The notes under the pieces: model-generated
What the model saw: only the letters and a program-made list of their open reading frames with translations
Databases searched by the model: none
What the model was told of the DNA's origin: nothing
Program-made: the position numbers and the translations under genes
IMG/VR virus record: IMGVR_UViG_3300038406_000091
Span: 1-42,387 of that record
Origin: a virus
Length of the DNA: 42,387 bases
Reading direction: 5' to 3' (one strand)
In this document: in pieces, positions 30,536 through 40,995 of the stretch
Position numbering within the stretch: the first letter of the stretch is position 1
How the letters are laid out: the number at the start of each line of letters is the position of its first letter

Positions 30536-31068
30536 CGCTTACCCTTTACGCTGTAAACGTACTCGTCTCCCCTTTCGTCGCCGCCATGGATCTTGCCGAC
30601 GTAATGAAGGACGCCATACGTTGTAACGTGGTCGAAGAGGTTCTTGCTTTTCTCTAGGCAGTAGACGACACAGCACCCGATCTTTCTGGAATGCCGGACG
30701 TACTGTAGGAAGGCTACGATAGTCCTCAGAATGTTTCTGGGGGTGGCCCACTTGTAGAAATAAACGTGGGGCTCGATCTTCCAGTCGAAGTCATAAATAC
30801 CGAATAGCGCGATGGGGCCGCGATCCGGGTAGCCCGGGTTGAAGTCCTCGGCAATCAAAAGCTCTTGACGCTGCGCCAGGCTTTCGACGTGCTTCGCGAA
30901 GCCTTCCTGGGTTAAGTCTCTGGGAAAGGAGTGAATAGGTTCCTTCTGATACGCCACCCAGAGAATCTTAATGTCCTTGTGGTATGCGTTCCCGTCGAAT
31001 ATCTGGAGCGGACGAACGTGGGGTCGGTCTTTCTTGAATAGTCGATCTCGTCGCTCTTTGGGGGTCAT
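30526..31068 (-). CDS. Hypothetical structural-module protein (gp13/internal-virion-protein-A position)
   Basis: 180 aa. ATGA overlap with the upstream tail gene. Confidence 0.4.
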   Translation of the reverse strand: MTPKERRDRLFKKDRPHVRPLQIFDGNAYHKDIKILWVAYQKEPIHSFPRDLTQEGFAKHVESLAQRQELLIAEDFNPGYPDRGPIALFGIYDFDWKIEPHVYFYKWATPRNILRTIVAFLQYVRHSRKIGCCVVYCLEKSKNLFDHVTTYGVLHYVGKIHGGDERGDEYVYSVKGKRCP

Positions 31069-33287
31069 ATCTCGATTCGCATGATGTCGAATGTCAGCGC
31101 ACTCTGGACCGTGAGACCCAGGTAAAAGCCAGGGCCCCTGCCAACGGCGGAGAAGCCCTTTGTTGATGTCCTCTGCGAGAACTGAAAGCCAGTGTTGAAA
31201 TTTGAAGATGCTGGATCAACGATCTCGGCGGCAGGAGATCCTGATTGATTAATTGTCCAGACCTCACCCGTTGAAGATGTGAACGAGGTAACGCCATCTG
31301 CTGCATCATTAGGCGGATCGAACTTGGCAACGACCGTCCCGTCGATGCCGTTGCGGACTTCGGCGTAGTAGATTTTGCCGGCCGTTACGTCGGACTGACC
31401 GGTCGATCCGTGTGCGCCGAGCAGCACGTTTGTCGTTGAGCCTGCAATCGAATGTGTTGCTGTAGGATTTTTGTCGCTGCCGAGTTGGGTCCACGTCTCT
31501 CCGTCGTCCGACGTGTAAAATCTCACTATCGTTCCTGTTGCACCGTCGCTCTGGTGTGTAACCCGCAACCATTTTGCGTCGCCATTCCCGAGCGATGGCA
31601 GCCCAACCGTGGAGTCTGCTGTTGTCGTGTTTACGCCGTCCGTTGACCACGTCCACCGCAGTAGTCCCGTTGTGCCAACCCGAAATAGCCAGCTCCGTAA
31701 TGGGGAACTGCTGGTAAATTGATATTTGCTCGCTATCGTCTGGTGTGCGGATGGCGTCCAATCGTCCAGCGCCACCTTCGCCCGAATGTCGATGTCGCCC
31801 GTAATTGATACGGCAGCACTATCCGGCGTGCTCGCGTAGTTGCCGGACGCGCCTGGTAGAGAAAGGTATATATCGGTGCCGAAATACGCCGATCCACCAA
31901 AGTAAGATGCGGAGTCGCCGGAAGCTGGACCATCGAGGGGGATGGTGCAGCGATTTGTCGCGTAATCGTCCGCCCACTCTACGTCCATGAGGAGATCCAC
32001 ATCCGACACGCGGCGGTAATAGACCCGCCCCCGAAGAACGTCCGTGTTGGGATCGAAGACGGAGCCGTCTTTCCTTTCTACCCGGTCGAACATGCGTGTT
32101 CTTCGGTGAGCGGAAATCGCATCCGACCCCGCATCCCCGTCGCCCGTCCCGTCCATCTGATAGATGTTTCCAGAGTCGTCGCCCCAGTAAACGTAATAAT
32201 TCGATGCGCCGGGTTGCCTCATGTATATCGCGGCATTCGTGGAGAAGCTGGCCGCATTTGCGGTCCTGTATACAGACCACGGCGACAGGTTGGTCGCCAG
32301 CATTTCCTTGAACAGCACAAGGAGGTTGTTCGACCCCGCGAAGAAATAGACCTTCTGTCTCGTTTGGTCGTAGACCGTGATACAGCTCGTCAGGCCGTCC
32401 GTGGTGCCAGAAACCCACCGGGACAGGTCGTCGGTTTTGGTGTCGCCGAATTTCTCGGTCGCCGATATCGACTCAATAACCCCGTCGCGCTTCATGTAGA
32501 CAACATCGTCGCCAATGTTGGCCATCGTCTCGGTGGCTATCGCCGCCGACCCGGCATAGAACGGCACCCACGCGAAGTCCATCGAATCGGTCCCCGTCAG
32601 CTTCCACAACTGCCCGCCCATAGTGGAAACCACGAGCGAACCGAAGAAGAGAGCCACCCCATTGATCGGCTTGAGGTCGGGTGTGACCATGTAGAAGGCT
32701 TCGTTGCCGGTGGAGAACGTCGAGTCCTGTGCGCGTTTGGCGGTGTCGTAGGACTCGGGGTCTTCAAACTCCGACGCCACCATCAGGTGCGGTGTATCAA
32801 CACCAGTCTTGACGTTGAACAGCCACATTCTGCCCAGATGCACGATGGCATATTTTGCGTACAGGGTTGCCGGAGAGAGGCCGGTGGTTAGGGTCGTGAA
32901 GCTGGTCCCGTCCCACTTCTTAACGACCGTCGCCTTTGCTGTATCGACAATGACGGAATACCCGCCGAGGGTCCACGTTGCACCGCGAAGCCGCGAAGAC
33001 GTGCTAACGGTTCCTTTGCTGGTAAAGGTCGCGCCGCCGTCCCAGGAGTAAACGGTGTCCCCCGCTTGGACCAGTGTCGTTTCGGTGTCGTCTGCTTTGA
33101 TGAGCTGGATAAAGCCGTTGATCTGGCTGGCGTTGGTCGCAGTTCCCAACAAGTCAAACGGCTTGCGCGGCTGGTAGTGGGTATTTCTCCCGCCCAGCTC
33201 GAAGTTGTAGCCCTCGATGCACTCGGAAGGGTCAACAAGACTCGCGTCCTGCTCGTTTAATCCGCCCTCAAAGGTCAAATTAGCCAT
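31065..33287 (-). CDS. Tail tubular protein B-like, with a C-terminal LamG/concanavalin-like region
   Basis: Start at the internal ATG (MANLTFEGGLNEQDASL...), an 8-nt overlap with the upstream gene. Size and position match T7 gp12. 'LRSWLFRVGTTGLLRW...DGETWTQLG' looks LamG-like. Confidence 0.5.
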   Translation of the reverse strand: MANLTFEGGLNEQDASLVDPSECIEGYNFELGGRNTHYQPRKPFDLLGTATNASQINGFIQLIKADDTETTLVQAGDTVYSWDGGATFTSKGTVSTSSRLRGATWTLGGYSVIVDTAKATVVKKWDGTSFTTLTTGLSPATLYAKYAIVHLGRMWLFNVKTGVDTPHLMVASEFEDPESYDTAKRAQDSTFSTGNEAFYMVTPDLKPINGVALFFGSLVVSTMGGQLWKLTGTDSMDFAWVPFYAGSAAIATETMANIGDDVVYMKRDGVIESISATEKFGDTKTDDLSRWVSGTTDGLTSCITVYDQTRQKVYFFAGSNNLLVLFKEMLATNLSPWSVYRTANAASFSTNAAIYMRQPGASNYYVYWGDDSGNIYQMDGTGDGDAGSDAISAHRRTRMFDRVERKDGSVFDPNTDVLRGRVYYRRVSDVDLLMDVEWADDYATNRCTIPLDGPASGDSASYFGGSAYFGTDIYLSLPGASGNYASTPDSAAVSITGDIDIRAKVALDDWTPSAHQTIASKYQFTSSSPLRSWLFRVGTTGLLRWTWSTDGVNTTTADSTVGLPSLGNGDAKWLRVTHQSDGATGTIVRFYTSDDGETWTQLGSDKNPTATHSIAGSTTNVLLGAHGSTGQSDVTAGKIYYAEVRNGIDGTVVAKFDPPNDAADGVTSFTSSTGEVWTINQSGSPAAEIVDPASSNFNTGFQFSQRTSTKGFSAVGRGPGFYLGLTVQSALTFDIMRIEI

Positions 33288-33972
33288 AGGAGCGGCCGTA
33301 CTTCCCGTTCGCGTTCGTCGGGCGCAGGAACGCATACAACCGAGATTTGGCGTTGTTGTACGTCGCGTCCGCTGTCAGGAGGCCGAGATCCTGATTGGTG
33401 ATCATGAAGCGGAACCGACGTGCCGCCATCGAGACGAAGGCGTAATACTCCTCGGTGTTGTGAAAGGGGATGGTGTCGGTCGAATCCGAGACCATGACGC
33501 TCTTTTCGTAGTCATACGAAAGCGAGCGTCCGTTGTAGTTGGCGTCTGGAACCGCATAGAACGCGACCTTCTTGGAGGTCGTGTCTTCCCAATACCACCA
33601 AACCGGTGTACTGGTGCCGGTGGCGTACTGGTAATCCTGGTCCCTTAACGCAGACTCTCCACCGGGATACTCGTAGAGGCGAACGTTCTGGGTGGAGTCG
33701 TAGAAAGACGCGACCCCATAGAATCGGATGAAATTGCTTTCCAATGCGTAGGTTCGCGTTCCGGTTTCCAGGGTGATCGTGCTGCTGGTCTTCTCGTAGG
33801 GAATGAGCCGTTCCGACACGATCTCCGCCAACTCGTCCTGAATGGCAATCTGAGCCTGATTTATGTCGGCGGCGTGCTGAGAGTCCGAGAACGTCGTGAT
33901 GTTGTCGTCGTCTCCTTTAATGATGTTGTTGATTCTCAGGAGGCGATTTACACCATCAATGAACGTAGCCAT
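33280..33972 (-). CDS. Tail tubular protein A-like
   Basis: 230 aa. N-terminal 'MATFIDGVNRLLRINNII' plus its position directly after the capsid terminator, as for T7 gp11. Confidence 0.45.
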   Translation of the reverse strand: MATFIDGVNRLLRINNIIKGDDDNITTFSDSQHAADINQAQIAIQDELAEIVSERLIPYEKTSSTITLETGTRTYALESNFIRFYGVASFYDSTQNVRLYEYPGGESALRDQDYQYATGTSTPVWWYWEDTTSKKVAFYAVPDANYNGRSLSYDYEKSVMVSDSTDTIPFHNTEEYYAFVSMAARRFRFMITNQDLGLLTADATYNNAKSRLYAFLRPTNANGKYGRSYG

Positions 33973-33981
33973 TAGCTCCCC

Positions 33982-34008
33982 AAAAAAGAAGGGGGGCCGA
34001 AGCCCCCC
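33982..34008 (-). terminator. Strong rho-independent terminator after the major capsid gene
   Basis: Minus strand: GGGGGGC-TTCG-GCCCCCC followed by TTCTTTTTT. Confidence 0.85.
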
Positions 34009-34014
34009 GATTGC

Positions 34015-35100
34015 TTAGGCACCCAGATCCTTGGCGAGGGTGACGATCTTCACCACCCAGTTGCCATTGAGGATCTTGCCGCCGAACCACGCCTTCCAGG
34101 CGATGGACCCGATTTCGTTGTAAAGGTCCGCCACGCCCGAGGAACCGGGCTTGTGGACGATCAGCTCAATCGGCTGCGGCTTGTTCTCGTACATGACGTA
34201 GGTCGAGGACGGGTATTCGTTACCCAGGCCAATCGAGCCGATGGCTTCCTTGCCGTACACATACGAGGTGTAGAGGTCGTTGGTATCGACCGACGTACCG
34301 CGGAACGTATTGGACGTGGAGGTCGTGCCGGCGCCGGTCTCGATGGGGGCGATGGTGGTCGCCACCCAGCGAACGCCGTTCACCGCGCCGAACTCGCCGA
34401 CGAGGGTCTCGGTGTAGCCGCCGTACTGCTCCACGCCCACGAACCCGGTGATGTTGCGGATGTCTTCCTCAACGTCCGGGTGACAGATGCCGTAGAAGCT
34501 CGAACGAACAGTCGAGGTGGTGATGTTCCGCGAGCCCGTCGCCATGGAGGTGAAGACCTGGGCGTTTTCGCGGTTCAGCTTGTTCACCGCCCACTTGATG
34601 TCGTTCGCCTTCATCTCGGCGACGACAGCGGACTTGTTCGCCGCGTTGGAGGCGTAGCGGACGTTCGTCGCGTTGTCGTACTCCACCCGCATGGTGGCGT
34701 TCAAGGACTCGCCGGCATTCGCGCCCAGCGTTTCCATGAGGCTCATGGTGTTGGAGTTGATGTTGAAGAGATCGACTTCCTCGGTCAGAAGGATCGCATT
34801 GCCGAATTTGGCAATCGCCTTCGTCACGTCGGTGACGGTCGGCTTCACCGTGGAACGACCCAGACCGAACACCGCCGGACCGTTCTCGGTGTGTTCCGAG
34901 AGGGCGGTCGTGACGGGCGCCAGGTTCTCGATGCGCCGCCACTTGACGGACATCGAACCACCGGCTTTTTCGAGCTTGCCGGGCAGGGTGCCGTTGAAGA
35001 AGGGAAGGACTTTCTTTGCGGCCGAGAGAAGACCGCGCATGTAGACGAAGTTGACCGGGGCTTGTACGGTACTCGTCAGGTTGGAGACGTCTAGTGCCAT
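34015..35100 (-). CDS. Major capsid protein (HK97 fold, N4-gp56-like family)
   Basis: 361 aa. Follows the scaffold gene and is followed by the strongest terminator. 'GGSMSVKWRRIENL...LSEHTENGP...KFGNAILLTEEVD' fits that family as I recall it. Confidence 0.7.
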   Translation of the reverse strand: MALDVSNLTSTVQAPVNFVYMRGLLSAAKKVLPFFNGTLPGKLEKAGGSMSVKWRRIENLAPVTTALSEHTENGPAVFGLGRSTVKPTVTDVTKAIAKFGNAILLTEEVDLFNINSNTMSLMETLGANAGESLNATMRVEYDNATNVRYASNAANKSAVVAEMKANDIKWAVNKLNRENAQVFTSMATGSRNITTSTVRSSFYGICHPDVEEDIRNITGFVGVEQYGGYTETLVGEFGAVNGVRWVATTIAPIETGAGTTSTSNTFRGTSVDTNDLYTSYVYGKEAIGSIGLGNEYPSSTYVMYENKPQPIELIVHKPGSSGVADLYNEIGSIAWKAWFGGKILNGNWVVKIVTLAKDLGA

Positions 35101-35103
35101 TGT

Positions 35104-35778
35104 TTAAAAACCTCGTTTTGTGGCCTCCCACCACGCCTCGAAGTCACCCTGGGGCATTTTTAATGCGTCCATCGCGGGGTTCGATTGCGGGTTGGTTGCC
35201 ATCGTGCGTTGGGAAGAGACGGCAGCCCGTTGGTTTTCGAGAAGCTGGGGATCGGTCCTGACGGCGAATCGCGTGGACAACTGATTACCCATGACCTCCA
35301 AAGCCCGATCGAAGGCCGCCGGGTTTCGGTCCCGGTTGTCCCAGATGTGCTTGAAGGTGGGGTTGCGACGGTATTCCGCCTCTAGGGCGGCTTCTGCCAA
35401 CAGCGGATCGACTTTGAGCTTTTCGTTAACCTTGGAAACTGCCCGATTAACGTCGGCCTCCAGCTTTGCTTGTGCCTGTTGCTGCTCGAACGCCTGCAAC
35501 TTCGCACTCACCTGTTGGAGCTGATTGGTGAGCTGCGGAACGGCGGGGTTCTGCTGCCACGCGTACTGCAAGAACGCATCCGGGTTGATTACCGGGTCCG
35601 GCACCTGGGGCGGCGGTGTGTACTGCGGATACGCGGGCTGAGGCTGTTGCGGCTGGGCCGTGAAACTTCTCGTTTGCTCTTCAACGCTGAATTCCTTGGA
35701 GATGTCTTCAAGGCTCGGTTGCGGCGCGGCGGTATTCTCGGCAGGCGTATTGCTCTGCACGGGGGTTTGATCAGTCAT
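35104..35778 (-). CDS. Scaffolding protein
   Basis: 224 aa. Q/P/A-rich with coiled-coil character. Lies between portal and capsid. Confidence 0.55.
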   Translation of the reverse strand: MTDQTPVQSNTPAENTAAPQPSLEDISKEFSVEEQTRSFTAQPQQPQPAYPQYTPPPQVPDPVINPDAFLQYAWQQNPAVPQLTNQLQQVSAKLQAFEQQQAQAKLEADVNRAVSKVNEKLKVDPLLAEAALEAEYRRNPTFKHIWDNRDRNPAAFDRALEVMGNQLSTRFAVRTDPQLLENQRAAVSSQRTMATNPQSNPAMDALKMPQGDFEAWWEATKRGF

Positions 35779-35781
35779 GGT

Positions 35782-35985
35782 TTACTCCTGTTTGATTTGA
35801 AAGAACGCTAAAGCCTTGTCGAACCCCTCCTGCGCGGCCGAGTTGTATTTCCATTCGTCGGTATTGTCCTGACGAGGATCGAACGTCGGTATCACAGGGC
35901 GAAGCGCGAGCAGGTCTTGGGCGAGTTGTTCAAAAAACGGATGGCTGTGCAGGATGAGGATGGCGTCGGCGTATTTACTCGCCAT
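35782..35985 (-). CDS. Hypothetical protein
   Basis: 67-aa ORF between portal and scaffold. Confidence 0.45.
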   Translation of the reverse strand: MASKYADAILILHSHPFFEQLAQDLLALRPVIPTFDPRQDNTDEWKYNSAAQEGFDKALAFFQIKQE

Positions 35986-37903
35986 CGGGTTTCCTCATCT
36001 TCGATTCGGCTTCGGCGATCTTGAGGTTTGTCTTGATCGTGTCGAGTTCGGCCTGAATCTGGGCCTTGAAGTTGGCCAGTTCGGCTTGGTATTGGGTCTT
36101 CATCTGGGCTTCGGTGACCTTGGCGTCATTCACGGCCGCTTGAATCGCTACTTTCTTCTCAAGCTCCGCAATGGTCTCCTCGTGTTCCTTCATCGCCTCC
36201 TCAAACTCGGAGGCGATTTGTTGCTTGAGGACTTCCGTCTCGTCGTCGGGGATGTTCAGCCACCGCTCGGGGTTCTTGACTCCGGCGTCTTGGTACATCT
36301 CCTTGATGATTTCGACGGGCTTGAGCAGACCGGCAAAAAGCGGGTTGCCGGAGGCAAAGGCTGTAACGGCCGTGGCTTTCTGTGCCCTTTCCTCTTCTCC
36401 CAAGACTCCGCGTGCACCGACGATGTCGAAATGCACGTTCGGCGGAAGCTCTTGTTGCGCCATCCACATGAAATCCGGCGCGTCCATCTCGGGGTTGTAG
36501 AAGCTGTACCGGTCGAGCTGAGACTTGTTGATCTCGTGTTGCATGTAGAGGAACGTCTTGAGCGAGAATTCGAGCTTGTCGACGAAATCGACCACACGAA
36601 CCTCGCCTCTTGCAGACTGCTGACGGATCTCGGTCGCTGTCTTGTCGGCGGTATCTCCCCCACCCGCCCGCGAAGCGTCAACGCTCGTCCCCTGGCGGAG
36701 CTGGTCGAGGGCGGACTGGAGACCCTGAAGGGCGTAGTTCGGATCGCCCACCTCGATGACTTCGTAACGGGCGGTTCCCTTCGTCGCCCCCTTCCACCCC
36801 GGCGCGATCACCGGCCCGCCGTTGGCGATAAATTGCGGGTCGTTGCCGTCGTACAGGATCGGGGGTTCAGTCCGAAGCGCGACGGCATCGAGGTACTTGT
36901 TCGCCAGAACCGATGCCATCTTGTGAATCGGCGACAGCTTGATCAGCGGACTGACGTAGTACGGATCGCGAACGTCGAGTCGTTCGTAGCCGTTGTAGAT
37001 GATCGGCGAGAACGGAAGCGAGTTGGGCGCGTAATAGACGATAACGTCGTTGGCCAGGATAACTTTGGAGTTGGGTAGCAGAATGTCCCCATCTCCCCGG
37101 TTTATGGCGATGTCGCCGAAATACCGCGTCAGGCGAACGTCTTTGGTCGTAACGTCTTTGTTCTTATTCTCTTGCTTCGGGATCTTCTGGAGCTGCGCCG
37201 GCATCCATCCCGAACCGTTGGCGGCGAGCTTCAGTTGGTGCAGCGGAATGAATTCCTCGATGATCATCGAGCCGCTGTAAAACATGTTTGTCCCGATCAC
37301 AGACGGCGACGGATCGGGGTAGCAGTTCCACATTGAATGGGGAACCCATACCGGGGCGGCGACGTTCTTGATCCCGGCCCCTTGAACCAGCATCATGGAT
37401 TCTTGGCGGGCCTCGGCGACGAAAGAGCCGTGGTGCAAAGCTTCTTTAACCGACAACTCCATGCGGGCCTTGAAGCCGAAGTCCGCGTGCTGTTGCGCCA
37501 TCATGGCCCGAAGTTTCCCGTCCTCGAACTCTTGGGCCTTCTGGTCGTGCTGGTTTTGACCCGTTTCCGGACTCATCGCCGGGGGAAGTTCGACGTGCGC
37601 CTCGAACCATGCGCGGGTCGTCGGGAAAATAAGCCGGCGAACGTCGGCGGTGATGATCTCCGAAGCTCTCGCTAACTCCCCAAGCTCGATGGTGTTGTGC
37701 CAGTCGTTCTTGACCGCGTTTCCAGAGGAGTCGAACGACTCCATCGGCTTCATCGAGACCTGTCTGTCGACTTCCTTCCAGACGGCCTCATGCCATTTGC
37801 GGAACTGGTCGGTCTTGCGCTTTTGCAGTTCGTTTTTGACGTACTCGGCAACCTTTTCCCAGTCTTTGTCTGAGATGCGGCGCTTCTTGATGTCGTCTAC
37901 CAA
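35975..37903 (-). CDS. Portal protein
   Basis: 642 aa. Immediately downstream of terL (7-nt overlap). Apparent TTG start. C-terminal charged coiled region. Confidence 0.7.
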   Translation of the reverse strand: MVDDIKKRRISDKDWEKVAEYVKNELQKRKTDQFRKWHEAVWKEVDRQVSMKPMESFDSSGNAVKNDWHNTIELGELARASEIITADVRRLIFPTTRAWFEAHVELPPAMSPETGQNQHDQKAQEFEDGKLRAMMAQQHADFGFKARMELSVKEALHHGSFVAEARQESMMLVQGAGIKNVAAPVWVPHSMWNCYPDPSPSVIGTNMFYSGSMIIEEFIPLHQLKLAANGSGWMPAQLQKIPKQENKNKDVTTKDVRLTRYFGDIAINRGDGDILLPNSKVILANDVIVYYAPNSLPFSPIIYNGYERLDVRDPYYVSPLIKLSPIHKMASVLANKYLDAVALRTEPPILYDGNDPQFIANGGPVIAPGWKGATKGTARYEVIEVGDPNYALQGLQSALDQLRQGTSVDASRAGGGDTADKTATEIRQQSARGEVRVVDFVDKLEFSLKTFLYMQHEINKSQLDRYSFYNPEMDAPDFMWMAQQELPPNVHFDIVGARGVLGEEERAQKATAVTAFASGNPLFAGLLKPVEIIKEMYQDAGVKNPERWLNIPDDETEVLKQQIASEFEEAMKEHEETIAELEKKVAIQAAVNDAKVTEAQMKTQYQAELANFKAQIQAELDTIKTNLKIAEAESKMRKPDGE

Positions 37904-39333
37904 TTCTTTATTCCCGCCCTAATGGGTTGTTGGTGGGTGCGAATGACCTTGGTTTGGGCATGTCGTCGGAACATGACCCCGTAACGGGTCGCGGACAGGA
38001 AGTCGTCGTTTAGCGGAACGATCTTTCCGTCCTTGCGGTGGTACATGCGGAACTCTTCAAAAAACGGCTTGACGGTGGAGAAGACCTTGAATCGGCCTGT
38101 CTCCATCATCTCCAGCATCTGGAAAACGCCCGGCTCCACGGCATAACCGCCCTTCCCCTCCTCTTCTCCCATCGCCGGAGGATTGGTGAAGTGGGTGTGC
38201 CACATGTTCACGCCGTGCTCTTTGTAATGTTCCGCGAGAGTCTTTCCCGACTTCGGGTCGTGCTTCATGCCGTCATGCGGCCACGAACACGGAATCCAGT
38301 CGCCTTTTGCCTTGATGGCGGCGGCGTGAATGGGAATGAGGGTTCGAGACTCTCGGTAGCCGTCGTAGACGTAGACGACATCGTTTTCCCGATCCCACGC
38401 AAGAAAGGCGCAGGCAAAGGGATGATCCCAACCAAAATCGATGCCGTTGATCCGTGCGAAGTGCGGCGGAATCTCGAACGGGTCGATTGTTATTTGCTCT
38501 TCCGAGACAGGGAAAACCCGTCCCGAGCCCATCATCGGTTCGCCTTTCGACCGCATCGCCCTTTCGTGGGCGGGGATGCCGGCTAAGGCGAGTTCCCGTT
38601 TCTCCGGCGTCATGTGCGGCGCGTCGTCCCATGCGGCACGGATAAGGGCCTGCCCTAACTGAATGTCGTTCAGGAACCCCGCGACGACTTCGGTAATGCC
38701 TTCTTCGGGGGTGAAGGTGAGTAGACCAACCCCGTTGGTGGCGAACGTCCCTCGGACCATCTGCGACCAGATTTCCGCTGGGGGTTCTTCGTCGCCCCAA
38801 AAGCCTCCGGTAAGACGAGACCCCATGAACTTCTTCGGGCCCTGCTCGTAGGCTCTAAAGACGACCTTCGACCAACCCCCCGAAACATGCTTGACCATGA
38901 CCGAGTCGTAAGCGTTGGGGACGCCCGGTTTCCGGATCTTGTCGCCGATGCACTCCAGCGGGATGGTTCCCGTTCCTAGCGCCTTCTCGTCTACGGGCTC
39001 GCCGAACAAGTCTTTCTGACAACGATCACGAGTCGTCTCGTTCGTTGTCGAGGCAACCAGCCATTCCGTGGGGTGGTTGAATCGTGTTCCTTCCCACCAG
39101 GCCGGGTATTTCCCGGTTGTGTGAATGGCGACTTCGTGCGCGCCGGCATAGGTCTTGCCGATTTGGTTCGCACACATCAATGCCCTTTGACGGGCCGGTT
39201 TGTCGGTCTTGTGCCCCGGCGCGTTGTGAAAGCGCTTTTGATAGTCGTAAGGGGCGTAGTAGTCGAGTTTGTGGGTGTTCTTGTACTTCTCTAGCTGCGC
39301 GATGATGCCTGCGGCGTCAGCGAGCTTACTCAT
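37897..39333 (-). CDS. terL: Terminase large subunit
   Basis: 478 aa. Walker-A-like 'CANQIGKTYAG', 'WGDEEP' Walker B region, and a C-terminal RNaseH-like nuclease part ('INGIDFGWDHPFA'). Confidence 0.88.
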   Translation of the reverse strand: MSKLADAAGIIAQLEKYKNTHKLDYYAPYDYQKRFHNAPGHKTDKPARQRALMCANQIGKTYAGAHEVAIHTTGKYPAWWEGTRFNHPTEWLVASTTNETTRDRCQKDLFGEPVDEKALGTGTIPLECIGDKIRKPGVPNAYDSVMVKHVSGGWSKVVFRAYEQGPKKFMGSRLTGGFWGDEEPPAEIWSQMVRGTFATNGVGLLTFTPEEGITEVVAGFLNDIQLGQALIRAAWDDAPHMTPEKRELALAGIPAHERAMRSKGEPMMGSGRVFPVSEEQITIDPFEIPPHFARINGIDFGWDHPFACAFLAWDRENDVVYVYDGYRESRTLIPIHAAAIKAKGDWIPCSWPHDGMKHDPKSGKTLAEHYKEHGVNMWHTHFTNPPAMGEEEGKGGYAVEPGVFQMLEMMETGRFKVFSTVKPFFEEFRMYHRKDGKIVPLNDDFLSATRYGVMFRRHAQTKVIRTHQQPIRAGIKNW

Positions 39334-40006
39334 TCTTGATGAAGGTCATTAACGTGAACTCTTTCCACCATTCGTGGTGGTGTTCACAGTGCGCGTACTG
39401 TTTGAAGTACGGCCCGCCCGTCGTGTAGTGGATCAGGGACGGGTTCGTGGTCTTGTCGTACCCCACCAACTTGTTCCAGTGGTTCGGCAGCTCGCCGATT
39501 TCTTCGTCTTGCAGCCAGCGGAACTGGTGAAGGTCCAAACCATCCGCCGTGTTCACATAGTCCGGCGTCAAGGTCTTACAACGGGCGTTGTTGAACAGGA
39601 TTACGGACGACCAGTTCTTGCGGCCGTACTGGGTCTGGACGTTGCCGAGGTACTTGGTCTCTTCCGGCGGGGTGTAGTTGTGCTTCACCACACGAACCGC
39701 GTATTTGTCATCCCGCCACGCCCACAGCTTGGCGATGTCGTCTGTCACGACCATGTCGCAGTCCATGAAGATGGACCAGCCCTCGAACCCCGACATCCAG
39801 GGAACCAGGAAACGCGAAAACGAGAAATCGTTACTCTGCAACGGGTGACGGTCGCGGGTCAGAATGCCCCTAAGAGAACTCAAGGCAACCGGCGTGATCG
39901 AGACCGGGATACTTGAGCGGGTCTGGATCGAGTGCGCCAGGGTGTAGAGTGTCCCCGCCTCTACCGGGTCGTAACCGATGAAAACTCGGATCACAGAATG
40001 CTCCAA
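39326..40006 (-). CDS. GT8-like glycosyltransferase
   Basis: 226 aa. 'FSFSRFLVPWMSGFEGWSIFMDCDMVVTDDIAKLW' has the DxD motif in a GT8 context. 8-nt overlap with terL. Confidence 0.6.
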   Translation of the reverse strand: MEHSVIRVFIGYDPVEAGTLYTLAHSIQTRSSIPVSITPVALSSLRGILTRDRHPLQSNDFSFSRFLVPWMSGFEGWSIFMDCDMVVTDDIAKLWAWRDDKYAVRVVKHNYTPPEETKYLGNVQTQYGRKNWSSVILFNNARCKTLTPDYVNTADGLDLHQFRWLQDEEIGELPNHWNKLVGYDKTTNPSLIHYTTGGPYFKQYAHCEHHHEWWKEFTLMTFIKNE

Positions 40007-40995
40007 TCAATGGGCAGATGATGGTTGCCGATGTAGATGCCGTTCGTGTGGACGTAATCGGCATTTGGCAGGGGGCCGGCTTCGTAGTCGTAATGTTTTA
40101 TCGACGCGGAACGAACGAAGTTTCCGGCGACGATGGGGCGGTGTTCGACGCCCTTTGCCGTCAGTTCCTGCTTCACCTCTTCGATGTCGTCGGAGAGGAT
40201 GGCGAAGGCGAACCAGGAGGACTTGCCAACCTCTTTCTGGATGCGCCAGCCTTTGCGTTTGGCGACCTCTTTGAAGCCTTCCGCGTTCTCTCGTCGCTGT
40301 TCGACGAACTTCGGCAGCTTCTTTAGCTGTTCGATGCCGATAGCGGCTTGCATCTCGATGGGACGAACGTTGTAGCCGGGGTAGATGAATTCATACGGCC
40401 CGACCTTGGCGTTTAGAACGTTGTCTTTCGGTAGGTGTCGCGTCCACCCGTGGGAGCGAAGGCACAACAACATCTGGTAGAAATACTCGTCGTCCGTGGT
40501 AACTAATCCCCCCTCCATGGTCTGGATGTGGTGGGAAAAGAACGTCGAATGAGACGCCATGACCCCGAACGAACCTGTTTTTCTGCCCTCGTACTCGGCG
40601 CCCATGGACTCGCAGTTGTCTTCCAGAAACCCGGTGGGGTTGGGGTTTCCGAGAAGGTTGACTGCGAAGTCTGTCGGCGCGTTCAGCGTGTCGAGGTCGA
40701 CATCCATAAAGCGAAGATGCCAGCCGTACTGTTGGAGTGGGCTGAATGATGTCGACCAGGAAACGGCGGGAACCGTTATTGATCCGGCTCCGTGCCTCAG
40801 GGTGTAGGCGGCCACCATGAGAAGATTGGCGCTCGACCCCGAGTTGCAGGCGATGCAGTATTTCGTCCCGCAGTAGTCGGCGTAGGCTTTCTCGAACTCC
40901 GAGACGCGTTCGCCCATCGTGTAGATCCCGGAGTCGATAACCCGGTGGATGGCTTCTATTTCCTCCGGTCCCCAGGTGCTAGACGCTAAGCGCAT
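39991..40995 (-). CDS. colD: GDP-4-keto-6-deoxy-D-mannose 3-dehydratase (ColD-type DegT-family PLP enzyme)
   Basis: 334 aa. Blocks 'LASSTW', '[15 protein letters not shown]', 'NLLGNPN', '[10 protein letters not shown]', '[12 protein letters not shown]', '[10 protein letters not shown]', '[23 protein letters not shown]', 'SSWFAF', 'RPIVAGNF' match E. coli ColD as I remember it. That includes His-His where aminotransferases carry the Schiff-base Lys. Confidence 0.75.
   Translation of the reverse strand: MRLASSTWGPEEIEAIHRVIDSGIYTMGERVSEFEKAYADYCGTKYCIACNSGSSANLLMVAAYTLRHGAGSITVPAVSWSTSFSPLQQYGWHLRFMDVDLDTLNAPTDFAVNLLGNPNPTGFLEDNCESMGAEYEGRKTGSFGVMASHSTFFSHHIQTMEGGLVTTDDEYFYQMLLCLRSHGWTRHLPKDNVLNAKVGPYEFIYPGYNVRPIEMQAAIGIEQLKKLPKFVEQRRENAEGFKEVAKRKGWRIQKEVGKSSWFAFAILSDDIEEVKQELTAKGVEHRPIVAGNFVRSASIKHYDYEAGPLPNADYVHTNGIYIGNHHLPIDWSIL

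Noticed and set aside
30526-31068. Impression of a GNAT-type acetyltransferase in the 180-aa structural-module protein
   Set aside because: No clear acetyl-CoA binding motif (Q/RxxGxG/A) could be found by eye. Kept as hypothetical.
35954-37078. 374-aa plus-strand ORF antisense to the portal gene. Similar long antisense frames: 34153..35094, 32106..32891, 22054..22746, 5594..6412, 18407..19258, 16989..17693, 20020..20619, 9944..10504, 10129..10716
   Set aside because: All lie opposite confidently assigned genes. They have repetitive L/R/G/V-rich composition, lack RBSs and break the operon logic. Treated as GC-driven artefacts.
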